64,000 nt of DNA from positions 64,001-128,000 of the forward strand of contig CAWCMR010000005.1 in the NCBI GenBank assembly GCA_963796685.1. Direction: 5' to 3'. Of the stretch, positions 29,206 through 39,849 are shown piece by piece. The notes below the pieces were generated by a model. The model did no database searches and was not told the origin of the DNA. It was given only the letters and a program-made list of their open reading frames with translations. Source of the stretch: an uncultured delta proteobacterium. Lineage in GTDB: Bacteria; Myxococcota_A; Polyangia; Fen-1088. A program made the translations under genes and the position numbers. Positions within the stretch are counted from its first letter, which is position 1, and each line of letters starts with the position of its first letter.

Positions 29206-29991
29206 ATGTGGTTCAAGCTCCTGCGTAAGGCTCTGCGTTCCCCGACGTCGATGGTCACAGGTGGCCTTCGGTTCTGGCTCGCCCATCGCACGCCTCTCCG
29301 ACGGGCACGTATCCTGTGCCAGTGCGCGGACGGGCTGCGTCTGCACCGTGTATCCGGGTGGGAGGTGCGCTCCGGCCGGGTCTACCGTCGAGTTGCCCGC
29401 GAGCTGCGTGACCTCTCCCCTGTCGAAGGCGATGCCGCGGTGGACTGGGCCGAATTCGCCCATCGAACCATGACACGTGCCCGGCAGCCCCTGCGCGAGC
29501 TCGCCGCGGGGCTTGCGGTTTTGGCGGGCGCTCTCATCGCCGTCGCGGCCATCGTCCTTGCCGTCGGCTGCGCCGCCTCGCCTGACCTGCGCGGTCGCCT
29601 GTTTCCCCGCGATCTGGCCGCGGGCAAGCCGTGGGTCGCCAGCAGCTCCGCCTTCGGCGTACCTGCCAGCGGCTTCGGACCTTCGAGTCGCGAGCAGCTC
29701 TTCTTTCACACCGGTGCCGTCACCAACCCCTACGTCGATATCGATCTCGGCGCCGAGCACACCATTCGCAGCATCGAGGTCGAAAACCGATCCGACTGCT
29801 GCAAGGCGCGCGCGCTTCCCCTCGACGTGAAGATTCTCGACGGAGGCACTTGGCACCTGGTGGCCGAGCGACGGGCGTATTTCTCGACCTGGAGCTACGA
29901 CATCACGCCGGTGCGCGCGCAAACAATCCGCTTCGAACGCCCGGGCACGGACTTCTTTCACCTCAAGCGAATTTCCGTCTACGGCCAATGA
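29206..29991 (+). CDS. Membrane-anchored discoidin/F5-8 type C (galactose-binding-like) domain protein
   Basis: TM helix then DLAAGKPWVASS..FFHT..IDLG..IEVENRSDCC; start uncertain. Confidence 0.65.
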   Translation: MWFKLLRKALRSPTSMVTGGLRFWLAHRTPLRRARILCQCADGLRLHRVSGWEVRSGRVYRRVARELRDLSPVEGDAAVDWAEFAHRTMTRARQPLRELAAGLAVLAGALIAVAAIVLAVGCAASPDLRGRLFPRDLAAGKPWVASSSAFGVPASGFGPSSREQLFFHTGAVTNPYVDIDLGAEHTIRSIEVENRSDCCKARALPLDVKILDGGTWHLVAERRAYFSTWSYDITPVRAQTIRFERPGTDFFHLKRISVYGQ

Positions 29992-31535
29992 CGCTGCCGC
30001 GCCCGCTCAGATTTCTGACCAAGGATCGAGAATCCGGGTGGACGTTCACGCTCGTCGTCTGCGTTCCCTACCTGGCTTTCCTCATCTGGATGCACGTGCA
30101 CCACGAAATGTGGCGCGACGAGATCCACGCCTGGACGCTTTCCCGCCTGGTGCACGGGTTCTGGGAGCTGGTGACCGGTGACCGCATCTACGCCGGACAT
30201 CCTCCGCTTTGGTACTGGTACCTGCGCGTGTGGACGTGGTTCATGGAATCGGCCTGGGGCATCCAGGCCGCCACCGCGGCGGCGGCCGTGGCCGCTGCGG
30301 CGCTGCTGCTTCGCTTCGCGCCGTTCCCGCGCTACCTCAAGGTGATGCTGCTCTTCTCGTACTATTTCGGCTTCGAGTATTCGGTCATGGCACGCAATTA
30401 CGTGCTCGGCTGGCTTCTCTTGTGCCTCTTCTGCGCCCTCTACCACCCTGTCCGCATCCGCTACTTCGCCCTGGCGATCGCGCTGGCCCTGCTGTCCCTC
30501 ACCAGCATCTACGGCCTCATCATGTGTATCTTTCTGCTCGGGTTCTTCGTCCTGGACCAATTCAGGGTGTCGAATGCACGTCCGGGCCTGCGACCGGCCG
30601 AGCACACCTTCGTCACCTCGCCGCGCATCTTCGCGACCATCGCCATCGTATCGGTGGCGATGCTCTTTTGCGTGCTCACCATCGAGCCGCCCGATCCCAA
30701 TCCGTTCTCACCCGCCTTCAACTTCGCCGCGCTGACGCCATCGGCATTGCCCAACATGCTGTACCGGGTGACCGCGGGCATTCTGCCTTGGCGGAAAGCC
30801 ACCATCGCCGATTTCTGGGGTATGTCGTGCACCCTGTGGGATGCCACGTCGACCTGGCCCAAGTACGTGGGGGCGGCTCTCTTGCTTCTGGCGACGCTCG
30901 CGCTTTATCCCTCGTGGCGTCTGATGTTGGCCTACCTGGGCGCGGTCGCGACCATGATGGCCTTCCAAGAGGCGCGGTTCGAGGGTGCACCCCGCCACTG
31001 GGGACACTTCTTCATGTTCCTGGTGTCCGTGTGCTGGCTCGTACGATTGCAATTCCCGAAGCGATCGCACTGGTTCTCGACGCTCTTGCTCACCGGCATC
31101 TTGGCCGTGCAGGTGCAAGGCCTGGTCGCCGCCACCGTCGTGGACACGCGCGAGGTCTTTTCGGGCGGTCGCGATGCCGCCGCCTTCATCCGCAAAGCGG
31201 GCCTGCAGGATCTGCCCTTCGTCGCCGGCCCGGACTACACCGCTGCCACGGTCGCGGGCTATCTGCGCCGGCCGTTCTACGCCGCCGAGACCGCCGAATA
31301 CGACGAGAACGTGGTCTTCCACAATCGCCGCCGTCCGTTCTCTCCGCAAGAGCTGATGAACCGTGCGGTGGGTGTCCTGCGCGAACGGAACAGCCCCGTG
31401 TTGCTGGTTTGCAACCAGTGGCTTCCCGATCCACCGCCGGGCATCCGGCGCACGCTGCTCTTCACCAGTCGCCCCGGCATCGTCGCAGACGAGGACTTCT
31501 CGGTGTATCGGTTGGAAGCCCAGGCGGAGCCGTAG
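29988..31535 (+). CDS. Polytopic membrane protein, probable GT-C glycosyltransferase
   Basis: First loop HEMWRDE..GHPPLWY with DE motif; many TM helices; ATGA coupling to the upstream gene. Confidence 0.7.
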   Translation: MTLPRPLRFLTKDRESGWTFTLVVCVPYLAFLIWMHVHHEMWRDEIHAWTLSRLVHGFWELVTGDRIYAGHPPLWYWYLRVWTWFMESAWGIQAATAAAAVAAAALLLRFAPFPRYLKVMLLFSYYFGFEYSVMARNYVLGWLLLCLFCALYHPVRIRYFALAIALALLSLTSIYGLIMCIFLLGFFVLDQFRVSNARPGLRPAEHTFVTSPRIFATIAIVSVAMLFCVLTIEPPDPNPFSPAFNFAALTPSALPNMLYRVTAGILPWRKATIADFWGMSCTLWDATSTWPKYVGAALLLLATLALYPSWRLMLAYLGAVATMMAFQEARFEGAPRHWGHFFMFLVSVCWLVRLQFPKRSHWFSTLLLTGILAVQVQGLVAATVVDTREVFSGGRDAAAFIRKAGLQDLPFVAGPDYTAATVAGYLRRPFYAAETAEYDENVVFHNRRRPFSPQELMNRAVGVLRERNSPVLLVCNQWLPDPPPGIRRTLLFTSRPGIVADEDFSVYRLEAQAEP

Positions 31536-33543
31536 CTACCAGCGCGCCATCAAGGCCGCGTTGCCGTCGGTCGAGTATCCGCGCTTGGCCAAGGCAAAGG
31601 GCGGTTCGACCGCGACCACGCCGAATTCGCCGTTGCGCAACAGGCGGGTCAAGGTCTCGCGCTCGTTGCCGATGAAGTCGTTGGCCTCGCTGGGAAAGAG
31701 GAGATACTCGGCGTCGGCTTCGTTGCTGATGGTCAGGTTGTAGGCGTCGGGCCGGTTCGAGACGAACGGGGTGGTGAAGCCCGATCCGGAAACCTTCGCC
31801 CGCGGCGGCAGGTGGCGCAGCAGCCGCACGGCCGCGTCGTGGCGGCGCTTGCCTTCGGCGTCGATGCCGAAGGTGTACTTGATGGGACCGCCGTACGAAT
31901 TGGCGTGCTGGAAAATCGCGCCGAATTGGTAGCTCAAGGGCAACGTCATGCAAATCAGGGTCGCGAGCGCCGCGCGCCGCTGGATCGCCCCCAAGCCCGA
32001 CTGCCCGCTGATGGCGGCGCGTCTGCCCATCCATTCCAGGCCCAGCGCGACGCCGGGAAAGAAGAAGGCGATCCAGTGGGCGCTGTACTGGAAGTTGATG
32101 CTGACCAGCGCCCCGTAGTGGGTCGACAGCACGGTGAAGAGGAACCCCGGAATGGCCAGCACCAACCAAATGGGCCGGCGGAAGGGAAGAAAGGCCAACG
32201 GCACGAGGATCTGGAGCATGTAGACGAGCTTGTCCATCTCGGCCAGGGTCGACATGGTGAAGGCAGGGTTGGCGAGCACGGTCACGAGCACGCTGCCGAA
32301 TCCCTTGCCGCCTTGAGGAACCAGAATCCTTGTAGATCATGGTGAAGCTCTCGCCCCCGCCCACGTAGGGCATGGCGACGAACTTGAGGGTCAGGCAATA
32401 GAGCGCGCCGATGACGGTCAGGAGCACGCCCGTCCGTGGCCGCCGCCCGCTGAGCAGGAAATAGAGTCCAAGCACCGCCACCCAAGACGATACGTCCTCG
32501 CGACAGCTCAAGGTCAGAAGCACGAACACGGCGGCCCAGCGGTCGCGGCGCGTTTCCAGGAAGTACCACGCCCACCACAGCAAGAACGGTCCAAGTGGCA
32601 GGAAGTGAAACTCGAACAGGTTCTCGCCGTGCAAGGCCGGGTAGAGAAGATAGGTCAGGGCCAGGATGCAGGCCGGCCAGCGGTCGACGTGCCGCCGGGC
32701 GAGCTTGTACAGCGGAATCGCGGCCGCGCCAAGGATCGTCGATTGGATGAGCATGAGCGTCCCGGCGTTCTGGCGGATGGCATAGAAGGGCAGCAGCGCA
32801 TAGGCGAAGAACTCGGCGTGATTGCCGAAATGGCTGCGCCCTGGCCCTTCCCACGGCGGCGTCTTGAAGAACGAGCCCCCGTGCAGCATGTTCCACAGCA
32901 AGCTGTCGTAGATGCCGGTGTCATAGCCCGAGCGAAGCGAGTAGTAGAAGCAGTAGGTGTAGTACCCGAAATAGCAGATGTAGAAGATCGCGCCGATCAG
33001 TACCAAGATGGCAGGCAGCGAATACGCCGTCCGCGGCATCGCCAGGACCAGCTCCCCACGAAACCTCCGCCATGGCGCCAGGACTTTGGCCTCCCAGGGA
33101 AACGGCCCGGCCCGCAGCGACGCGATGACGGCAGCCCACGTGGCCACACCGAACAACACGACCAGGGTCAGGAACGAAAGGTCACGCCCTTTCCACACCT
33201 CGCAGCGAAAGAGCAGTGCGAAGAACCCGGCCAGGCACAACGGAGCCAGTCGCCTCGACGCGTGGTAGAGCTTTGCGGTCACGTTCGGCGTGGCAAAATG
33301 GGTGAAGAGGTAAAGCCCGCCGGCCAGGACCGCCGCGACGCCGCCCCCGAGGATGGAGACGAGCAGGTTCTGCCGAAGGTGGCTCGACAGGTGGTTCTCT
33401 TGGAAGTAGTGGACCAGCCACACCGGCGTGATGGCCACGCCGACCACGAAACCGATGGACACGCCACCCGCCAGGAGCAGGCCAAGGGCGCGCACCGAGT
33501 ACGACAGCCGGGTCTGGAAATCACTGTCTCGCGCGGGCGCCAC
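31536..33543 (-). pseudogene. DUF2079 family membrane protein (GT-C-like), one frameshift near 32327
   Basis: YDTGIY..HFGNHAE..FEFH..CREDV..FQYSAH motifs; reading YKD(+T)LVPQGGKGFG restores the frame. Confidence 0.75.
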
Positions 33544-33545
33544 GT

Positions 33546-35615
33546 CTAGTTCCTCATCCGGGAAAGGACGCCCGCGTTCAGATCGGTCGGGTAGCCGCGC
33601 TTGGCGAGCACGTACTGCCCGCGCTCGGCCACCACGCCGAAGGCTCCGTCAGGCAACACCTCCATGATCTTGGCGCGCTCGTCGCCACCCACGGGAAGGC
33701 TGAAAAGCAAGTAGTCGGCGTCGGCGATGCCCATGCGCAAGGTGTAGGCGAAGGCTCGGTTCGACACCTGCGGCACGATGTTCTCCGACGAGACGATCTT
33801 CGCCTTGCGTGGCACCATGGCCAGAAGCTCGTAGAGCGTGCGCCTGCGTTCCACGTCCTCGGACGTGGTTCCGAAGTGGTAGGTGCCGAAGCCGCCGCGC
33901 GCGGCATTGTGCTGAAGCAAAGCGCCGAGCTGATACGACGTGGTGAGCACCGCGAGCGAGATGGCCACGAGCCACGCCCGCCGCCAAGCCGCGCCCGCGC
34001 GCCCGCGCCGGGACGCCTCATGGCCGACCCACGCCAGGTTGGCCACGAGAGCGATGAACAGGTACGAGGTCCAGTGCGCGGTGTACTGAAACGAGATCTG
34101 GTAGAGCGGCTTGTAGCCGGTGGAAAGCAGCGTGAACAGGAAGCCCGGCACGCAGCAAAGGATCCCGATGGCCCGGCGCATGGGAAAGAACGCCAGGGGC
34201 AGGAAGATCTTCGAGCAGGTAGACGAGCTTGTCCCGCTCGAGGACCACGCCCAGAGTGAAGACCGGGTTGCCGAACACGGTCTTCATCACCCCACTGAAG
34301 CCCTTGCTGCCCTCGGGAACCAGGCCCGCGTACTGGTGGATGAACGCCTCCGAGCCCCCGCGCTGAAGCGGCATGATCACCAATTTCATGCTCACGAAAT
34401 AGATCGCTCCCGCACAAGCGAGCCACAGCCCGGCCCGGGAGCTGCGGTTGGTGAGCATCAAGAAGAGGCCGCCGATCACGAGGCCGATCGAGACATCCTC
34501 GCGCACCGACAAGGTCAGGACCGCGAAGATGAACGTCGCCACCGCCCGCCGGGAAAGCGCGAAGTAGAGGGTGAACCACAGGAAGAACGGCGCCAGCGGC
34601 GGGTAGTGAAAGTCGTACAGGTTCGACCCGTGCAGCGGCGGATACAGCACGTACCACACCGCCACCAGGCACGACAGCCACGGTCCGAGATACTTGCGCG
34701 CGACCAGATAGAGCGGGATGGCCGCGCCGCCGATGAGGGCGGCCTGCAGAGATCAGAATGGTTTCCGCGCTCTGGTGGATGGCGTAGATGGGCGCGATGA
34801 TGTAGCTGAGGTAGGCGGCGTGCTCGCCGACCAGGTTGCCGGTCGGGCCACCGTAGGGCGTGGTACGGAAGAGCGCGCCGCTGTGAAGCGCGTTCCAGAT
34901 CACGTTCTCCTCGAGCCCCAGGTCGAGGCTGCTGGACAGGACGTTGCGGTGGTGGACCACGGTGTAATACCCGAAGTACGCGGTGTAGACGAGGGCAGCC
35001 AACACCACGAGGACGAAGGGCAGCCAGGTCGCGCTCCACCGCCCCATCTGCGCGCCATCGGCGAGCGCGCGATCGAAAAGGCGCGGCCGGCCGAAGACCG
35101 GCTGGGTGGCAAGCGCGACTTGGACGAGCTTCTGCGCCGAGAACACCAAGACCAGGACCAGCAACAGGAAGACCACCTCGCGCCCACCCTGCCAGAAGCG
35201 CCAGCGAAACATGAGGGGCAAGAGCGCCGCCAGCGCCGCAGGCGACAGCCGACGACCCAAGCGCTCGATGTGGTCGCCGAACAGAAGCTGCCTGCGGGCC
35301 AGCAGCCCGAACAGGAGCAGCGGAAAGATGGCCATTCCGCAGACGCCGAAGGTGACCGCGCGCAGCCCGCGCTCGTGGGTGGGCCCGTTGCTCAGGACGA
35401 AATCGTAGAGCGAGGCGGATGCCCAGAAGCTCCCACAGGCACACGCCGAGAGAGAAACCGATGAGCGCCAGCACCCCGAGACCGGAAAAGGCCGCGCTGA
35501 GGCGCGGGCGCCAGGCGGCAAAGTCGGCTGAAAGCCCGACCCTGCCAGCATCCTCGACAGCCTCGGCGGGCCGGCCTGACGCCGGGCCCTCGCCGACTTC
35601 CTCGCCCGTGCTCAC
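33546..35615 (-). pseudogene. Second DUF2079 family membrane protein, three frameshifts (~35420, ~34750, ~34210)
   Basis: LDLG..GEHA..YDFH..VREDV..FQYTAH motifs spread over four ORFs; paralog of the neighbouring gene. Confidence 0.72.
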
Positions 35616-36631
35616 GTCGGCTTGCCCTCGCTCCTCGCAGCCGCGGGACCGGCTGGTGCCTGTTGCGGCGCCTCGCCCCCCACGCCGCCCGCCGCGAAAT
35701 TCACTTCCTTGGCCACGGTATAGAGCGGACGACGCTGCACTTCTTCATAGATGCGGCCGACGTAGGCGCCGAGGATGCCAATCATGAAAAGCTGGGCCGA
35801 GGAGCCGAGCGCCACCAGGATCATGATGGTCGTCCAGCCCGGCACCGCACTCACGCCATGAATCTTCACCCAAAACGCCCAAGCGCCGAGGCCCATGGCC
35901 AAAAGGGCCGCGAACGCGCCTAACCAGGTCGCCATGCGCAGCGGAAGGGTCGAAAACGACGTGATGCCGTCGAAGGCGAACTTCAACATCTTGCTCAGCG
36001 GGTACTTCGTGACGCCGGCGAAGCGCTCATGGCGCGTGTAGGTCACCGAGGACTGCCGGAAGCCGATCCACCCGACCAACCCTCGAATGAAGCGGTGGCC
36101 CTCGCGCAGCGAGCGCAGGGTCAGAATCACGACCCGACTCATGAGCCGGAAATCGCCGGCATCGAGCACCACGTCGAATCCCAGCATGGCACGAAACACG
36201 CGGTAGAAGACCAGGGCCGTCAGGCGCTTGAACCAGGTCTCGCCCAGTCGCCGCCCGCGAACCGCATAGACGACGTCGTAGCCTTCGCGCCAGCGGGCCA
36301 GCATCGCACGCACCACCTCGGGTGGATCCTGAAGGTCGGCGTCCATGACCACGACCGCTTCGCCTTCCGCCCGATCCATCCCGGCCGTGATCGCGATCTG
36401 ATGGCCGAAATTGCGCGAAAAGGAGATGACCTTGAAACGGGGCTCGCTTTTCGCCATGTCGGCCAGCAACTTGGCCGAGGAATCGCGCGAGCCGTCGTCG
36501 ACGAAGACGACCTCCCAGGTTTCGCCCAGCTCGGCAAAGAACGCGCGCAGACGTCGGTCGAGCTCGGGAATCGTTTCTTCCTCGTTGAAGACGGGGATCA
36601 CGACCGAAAGGGTGGGACGTGCTTCTGTCAT
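35612..36631 (-). CDS. GT2 polyprenol-phosphate glycosyltransferase (GtrB/YkoT-like)
   Basis: VIPVFNEE, FVDDGSRD, SRNFGHQ, MDADLQDPP, GDFRL and two C-terminal TM helices. Confidence 0.92.
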   Translation of the reverse strand: MTEARPTLSVVIPVFNEEETIPELDRRLRAFFAELGETWEVVFVDDGSRDSSAKLLADMAKSEPRFKVISFSRNFGHQIAITAGMDRAEGEAVVVMDADLQDPPEVVRAMLARWREGYDVVYAVRGRRLGETWFKRLTALVFYRVFRAMLGFDVVLDAGDFRLMSRVVILTLRSLREGHRFIRGLVGWIGFRQSSVTYTRHERFAGVTKYPLSKMLKFAFDGITSFSTLPLRMATWLGAFAALLAMGLGAWAFWVKIHGVSAVPGWTTIMILVALGSSAQLFMIGILGAYVGRIYEEVQRRPLYTVAKEVNFAAGGVGGEAPQQAPAGPAAARSEGKPT

Positions 36632-36847
36632 GCAGGAGGCCGTTTATACCGCGAACATCGCGCCAATTGGACCAAAGACCACCCGAGATCGCCAGCCATC
36701 CGGGGCGGCATCACTCCCGCGATAGCCGCAGAAGGCCGTAGCCGTGGCCGACCACCCGTATGCGACCATCGGTGTGACACATAGCACTGTGGAGCCCGAA
36801 TGGCGTCGGCGATGGCGCCTCCTTGGCCGGGCTGCTAGTTTCGCGCC

Positions 36848-37807
36848 ATGAAGCTTCGCATTCTCTACCACGGCAATTGCTTCGACGGCTCGGCGTCTGC
36901 GGGGTTGTTCGCGCGATTCTTTCGCGAACGCCTGGCGAAGGGCGATGCCGAGGTCGCGTATACGCCCATGCAGCACAAGGGCGACGCGCAGCCGATTGCC
37001 GAAAAGCTGCTCGACGGCGATGTGAACGCCTGCGTGGATTTCCGCTACAGCCAGAACCCACGGCTTGGCTGGTGGTTCGACCACCACGTTTCGGCGTTTC
37101 AGCTACCCGGCGACGAGGCGCATTTTCGCGCCGACCGCAGCGGGCAAAAGTTCTACGACCCGCACGCCAAGAGCTGCACCCGATTCCTCGCCACGAAGCT
37201 GGCCCAGCATTTCGACTGGGACATTGCTCCTTTCGCCGAGCTTCTGCACTGGGCGGAGATCATCGACGGCGCGCTCTTTCCGTCGGCGGCCATGGCGGTC
37301 GAGCTGCACGAGCCGGCCTTGCGGCTCATGACCTGGGTCGAGAACAACCGCGACAAGGCGCTGGCCGAGCGGTTCATCGGGGAGCTGGTATCGCGCCCGC
37401 TGGCCGACCTCGCCGCCGACACCTACGTGGCCGAGGCGTTGCAGCCGCTCCTGGTGCGCCACGAGCAGAACCTGGCGGCCATGCGCCGCCTTTCGCACCT
37501 GGACCGGGGCGTGGTGACGAGCGACCTCATCCCCGAAGGTATCGCCACCATCAACAAGTTCATCGTCTATTATCTGCACCCCGAGGCGCGCTATTCCGTC
37601 ACCCTCCTCGAAACCGCCGAGCGCTACAAGATCTCGGTCGGCTCGAACCCGTGGCCGAAAGCTCCGCGCACCCACGACATCGCCAAGCTGTGCGAGAAAT
37701 ACGGCGGCGGCGGCCATCCCGCGGTAGGCGCCATCTCGCTGCCCAAGACCGATCTGGAGGCCGTGCGCAAGGTCGCAGGTGAAATCGTGGACGTTCTGCA
37801 GAGCTAA
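36848..37807 (+). CDS. DHH/DHHA1 family phosphoesterase
   Basis: YHGNCFDG, VDF, FDHH and GGGGH motifs. Confidence 0.85.
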   Translation: MKLRILYHGNCFDGSASAGLFARFFRERLAKGDAEVAYTPMQHKGDAQPIAEKLLDGDVNACVDFRYSQNPRLGWWFDHHVSAFQLPGDEAHFRADRSGQKFYDPHAKSCTRFLATKLAQHFDWDIAPFAELLHWAEIIDGALFPSAAMAVELHEPALRLMTWVENNRDKALAERFIGELVSRPLADLAADTYVAEALQPLLVRHEQNLAAMRRLSHLDRGVVTSDLIPEGIATINKFIVYYLHPEARYSVTLLETAERYKISVGSNPWPKAPRTHDIAKLCEKYGGGGHPAVGAISLPKTDLEAVRKVAGEIVDVLQS

Positions 37808-39825
37808 TAAATGATGCCGTGGCAGGTGGTGTCGCACGTCCCGCTGCCGTTCAGGGGACCATCGTCGCACTCTTCGCCGAAGAGGCTGTCGACCTTGCCG
37901 TCGCCGCAGTAGGGAACGGTCCGGCAACCGGGGCCGCAGCCCTGGGTCTGACCGTAGGTCGTCTGGTTGACGCCATCGTCGCACTCTTCGCCGTAGGCGG
38001 TGTCGACGTTGCCGTCACCGCAGAAGGGGCCGACGGTGCACTGGGTGGTGCAGCCGCCGTAGGCATCGTCGGCGTTGGCGGCGCCGTTGTCGCAGGCCTC
38101 GCTGCCGTTGATGATGCCGTCGCCGCAGCGATCCTTGCAGACGGTGTGGGTGCGGTTGAATTGGCCCACGGTCAGCTTGTAGCTCGACCGGGTCTGCTTG
38201 CGCTCGGCCTGGAACAAGGCGATTTCGTAGACCTTGCCCTTGGTCAGGTTGAACTTGGTCGCGGTGGCCGCATCGAGCGTGATGGCGCCTTCGGCGGCCT
38301 CGTGGATGCCGCCCAGATCCACGGCCAGCTTGCCGTTCAAGAACACCCACACGTCGTCGTCGCCGATGAAGTCCAGAGTTTCGCCGCCCTTGAATTCGAA
38401 CCAGTAGCGGAGCTCGCTGGTGAACGAAAAGTTGTGCTTGGAGTTGTCGAGGTCGCAGGTACCGAGGAAGGGGTGCTCGGGCCCCGGCCTACCCTGTGCG
38501 TCCGGGGCGTCCCAGCCCTTGCCATCGAGCGGGAAGAAGGCCGGCCGCAGCCATAGCTTGAGATCGCTCGAGTAGTACGAGGAGTGGTCGTACATGAAGG
38601 TGCCGTTGGGCTGGCCTAGCAAGGTGAGGGTGTCGACGACTGTGCTGCAGTACTTCGAGTCCCGATACCAGGTGTCGAAGTTGGTCTGATTGGAGGTCTT
38701 GGACAGGGTGGTGTCGACCGCCGAGTTGTATTGCGGTTTGCGGTCGGGGCCCAGGGTGTCGAGCACCACGCCCAAGGTCAGGGTTCCATTGGTGGGAACC
38801 TCGAAATCCGGATGGGGTGGCGGATTGGTGATGGTCGCCGTCTGCGGGATCATGTCGCGGTAGATGATGGGAACCACCATGTCCGTGTCGGATCCTTCGA
38901 CGACCTGCTGGCAGTCCCAGCCCGGTTCCAGCTTGCACGTCGACGAGCACCCGTCACCCGAGCTCAAGTTGCCGTCGTCGCATTCCTCGTCGGGCAGCTT
39001 GAGGCCGTCGCCGCACGGCGAGGTGCAGCCGCTGGTTCCCGTGCAGATGGGCTCGGACTTGCAGTCCGAGGCGCAGCCGTCGCCGGGCATGGTGTTGCCG
39101 TCGTCGCACGACTCGCTGCCTTCCTTGGTGCCGTCGCCACACACCGTCCTGTGGCAAGCGGTGTTCGGCTTCGAGCAAGCGTAACCCGGCTCGAGCTTGC
39201 ACCCCGAGCTGCAGCCGTCGCCCGAGTTGGCGTTGCCATCATCGCATTCCTCCCAGCCCGTGAGCAGGCCGTCCCCGCACCTAGGTTGACAGCGAAGGCC
39301 GGGCGCGGCGCAAACCCAGCCGGGCTCCACCGTGCTGCAATCGGCGGAGCAACCGTCGCCGTCCGTGGTGTTGTGATTGTCGCAAGCCTCCTTGCCCGAA
39401 ATGTGCCCGTCGCCGCACACCACGGTCGACACGCAGGGCGAGCCGGCGGTGGGGCAGACGAAGTCGGTTTCAACCCGGCAGGCCAGGGAGCAGCCGTCCC
39501 CCGGTATGGTGTTCCCGTCGTCGCACTCCTCGTCGCTGTCCAAGGTGCCGTCGCCGCAGTGGGGAGGGATCCCGCACCCGCTCGGATCCTGGCAAACCGG
39601 GCGCGCGTCGTTCCTGGTCGGCACGTCGAGCGAAAAGGTCACGGCGCTGTCGAGCTTGAGCATGATGGCGGCATCCCCCGGCGCGAGCGTGGCCGCGTCG
39701 GGAACGGCATTGCCGGTGATGGTTCCGCCGTTGCAGCCCACGAGCCCGCAGCCTGCCGTCAGCATCCCCATGGCAGCGCCCAAGCGGGCTCGCCTGGCTC
39801 GCACGACATCGCACTGGCCTAGCAT
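37804..39825 (-). CDS. Fibro-slime domain lipoprotein with myxococcal Cys-rich (DUF4215) repeats
   Basis: Lipobox LVGC; many CGDG..EECDDGN..GDGCS..C repeats; HNFSFTSE..FIGDDDVWVF..DLGGIH..AER. Confidence 0.92.
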   Translation of the reverse strand: MLGQCDVVRARRARLGAAMGMLTAGCGLVGCNGGTITGNAVPDAATLAPGDAAIMLKLDSAVTFSLDVPTRNDARPVCQDPSGCGIPPHCGDGTLDSDEECDDGNTIPGDGCSLACRVETDFVCPTAGSPCVSTVVCGDGHISGKEACDNHNTTDGDGCSADCSTVEPGWVCAAPGLRCQPRCGDGLLTGWEECDDGNANSGDGCSSGCKLEPGYACSKPNTACHRTVCGDGTKEGSESCDDGNTMPGDGCASDCKSEPICTGTSGCTSPCGDGLKLPDEECDDGNLSSGDGCSSTCKLEPGWDCQQVVEGSDTDMVVPIIYRDMIPQTATITNPPPHPDFEVPTNGTLTLGVVLDTLGPDRKPQYNSAVDTTLSKTSNQTNFDTWYRDSKYCSTVVDTLTLLGQPNGTFMYDHSSYYSSDLKLWLRPAFFPLDGKGWDAPDAQGRPGPEHPFLGTCDLDNSKHNFSFTSELRYWFEFKGGETLDFIGDDDVWVFLNGKLAVDLGGIHEAAEGAITLDAATATKFNLTKGKVYEIALFQAERKQTRSSYKLTVGQFNRTHTVCKDRCGDGIINGSEACDNGAANADDAYGGCTTQCTVGPFCGDGNVDTAYGEECDDGVNQTTYGQTQGCGPGCRTVPYCGDGKVDSLFGEECDDGPLNGSGTCDTTCHGIIY

Positions 39826-39849
39826 GGTCGTGGTATTCTAGCCGAATCG

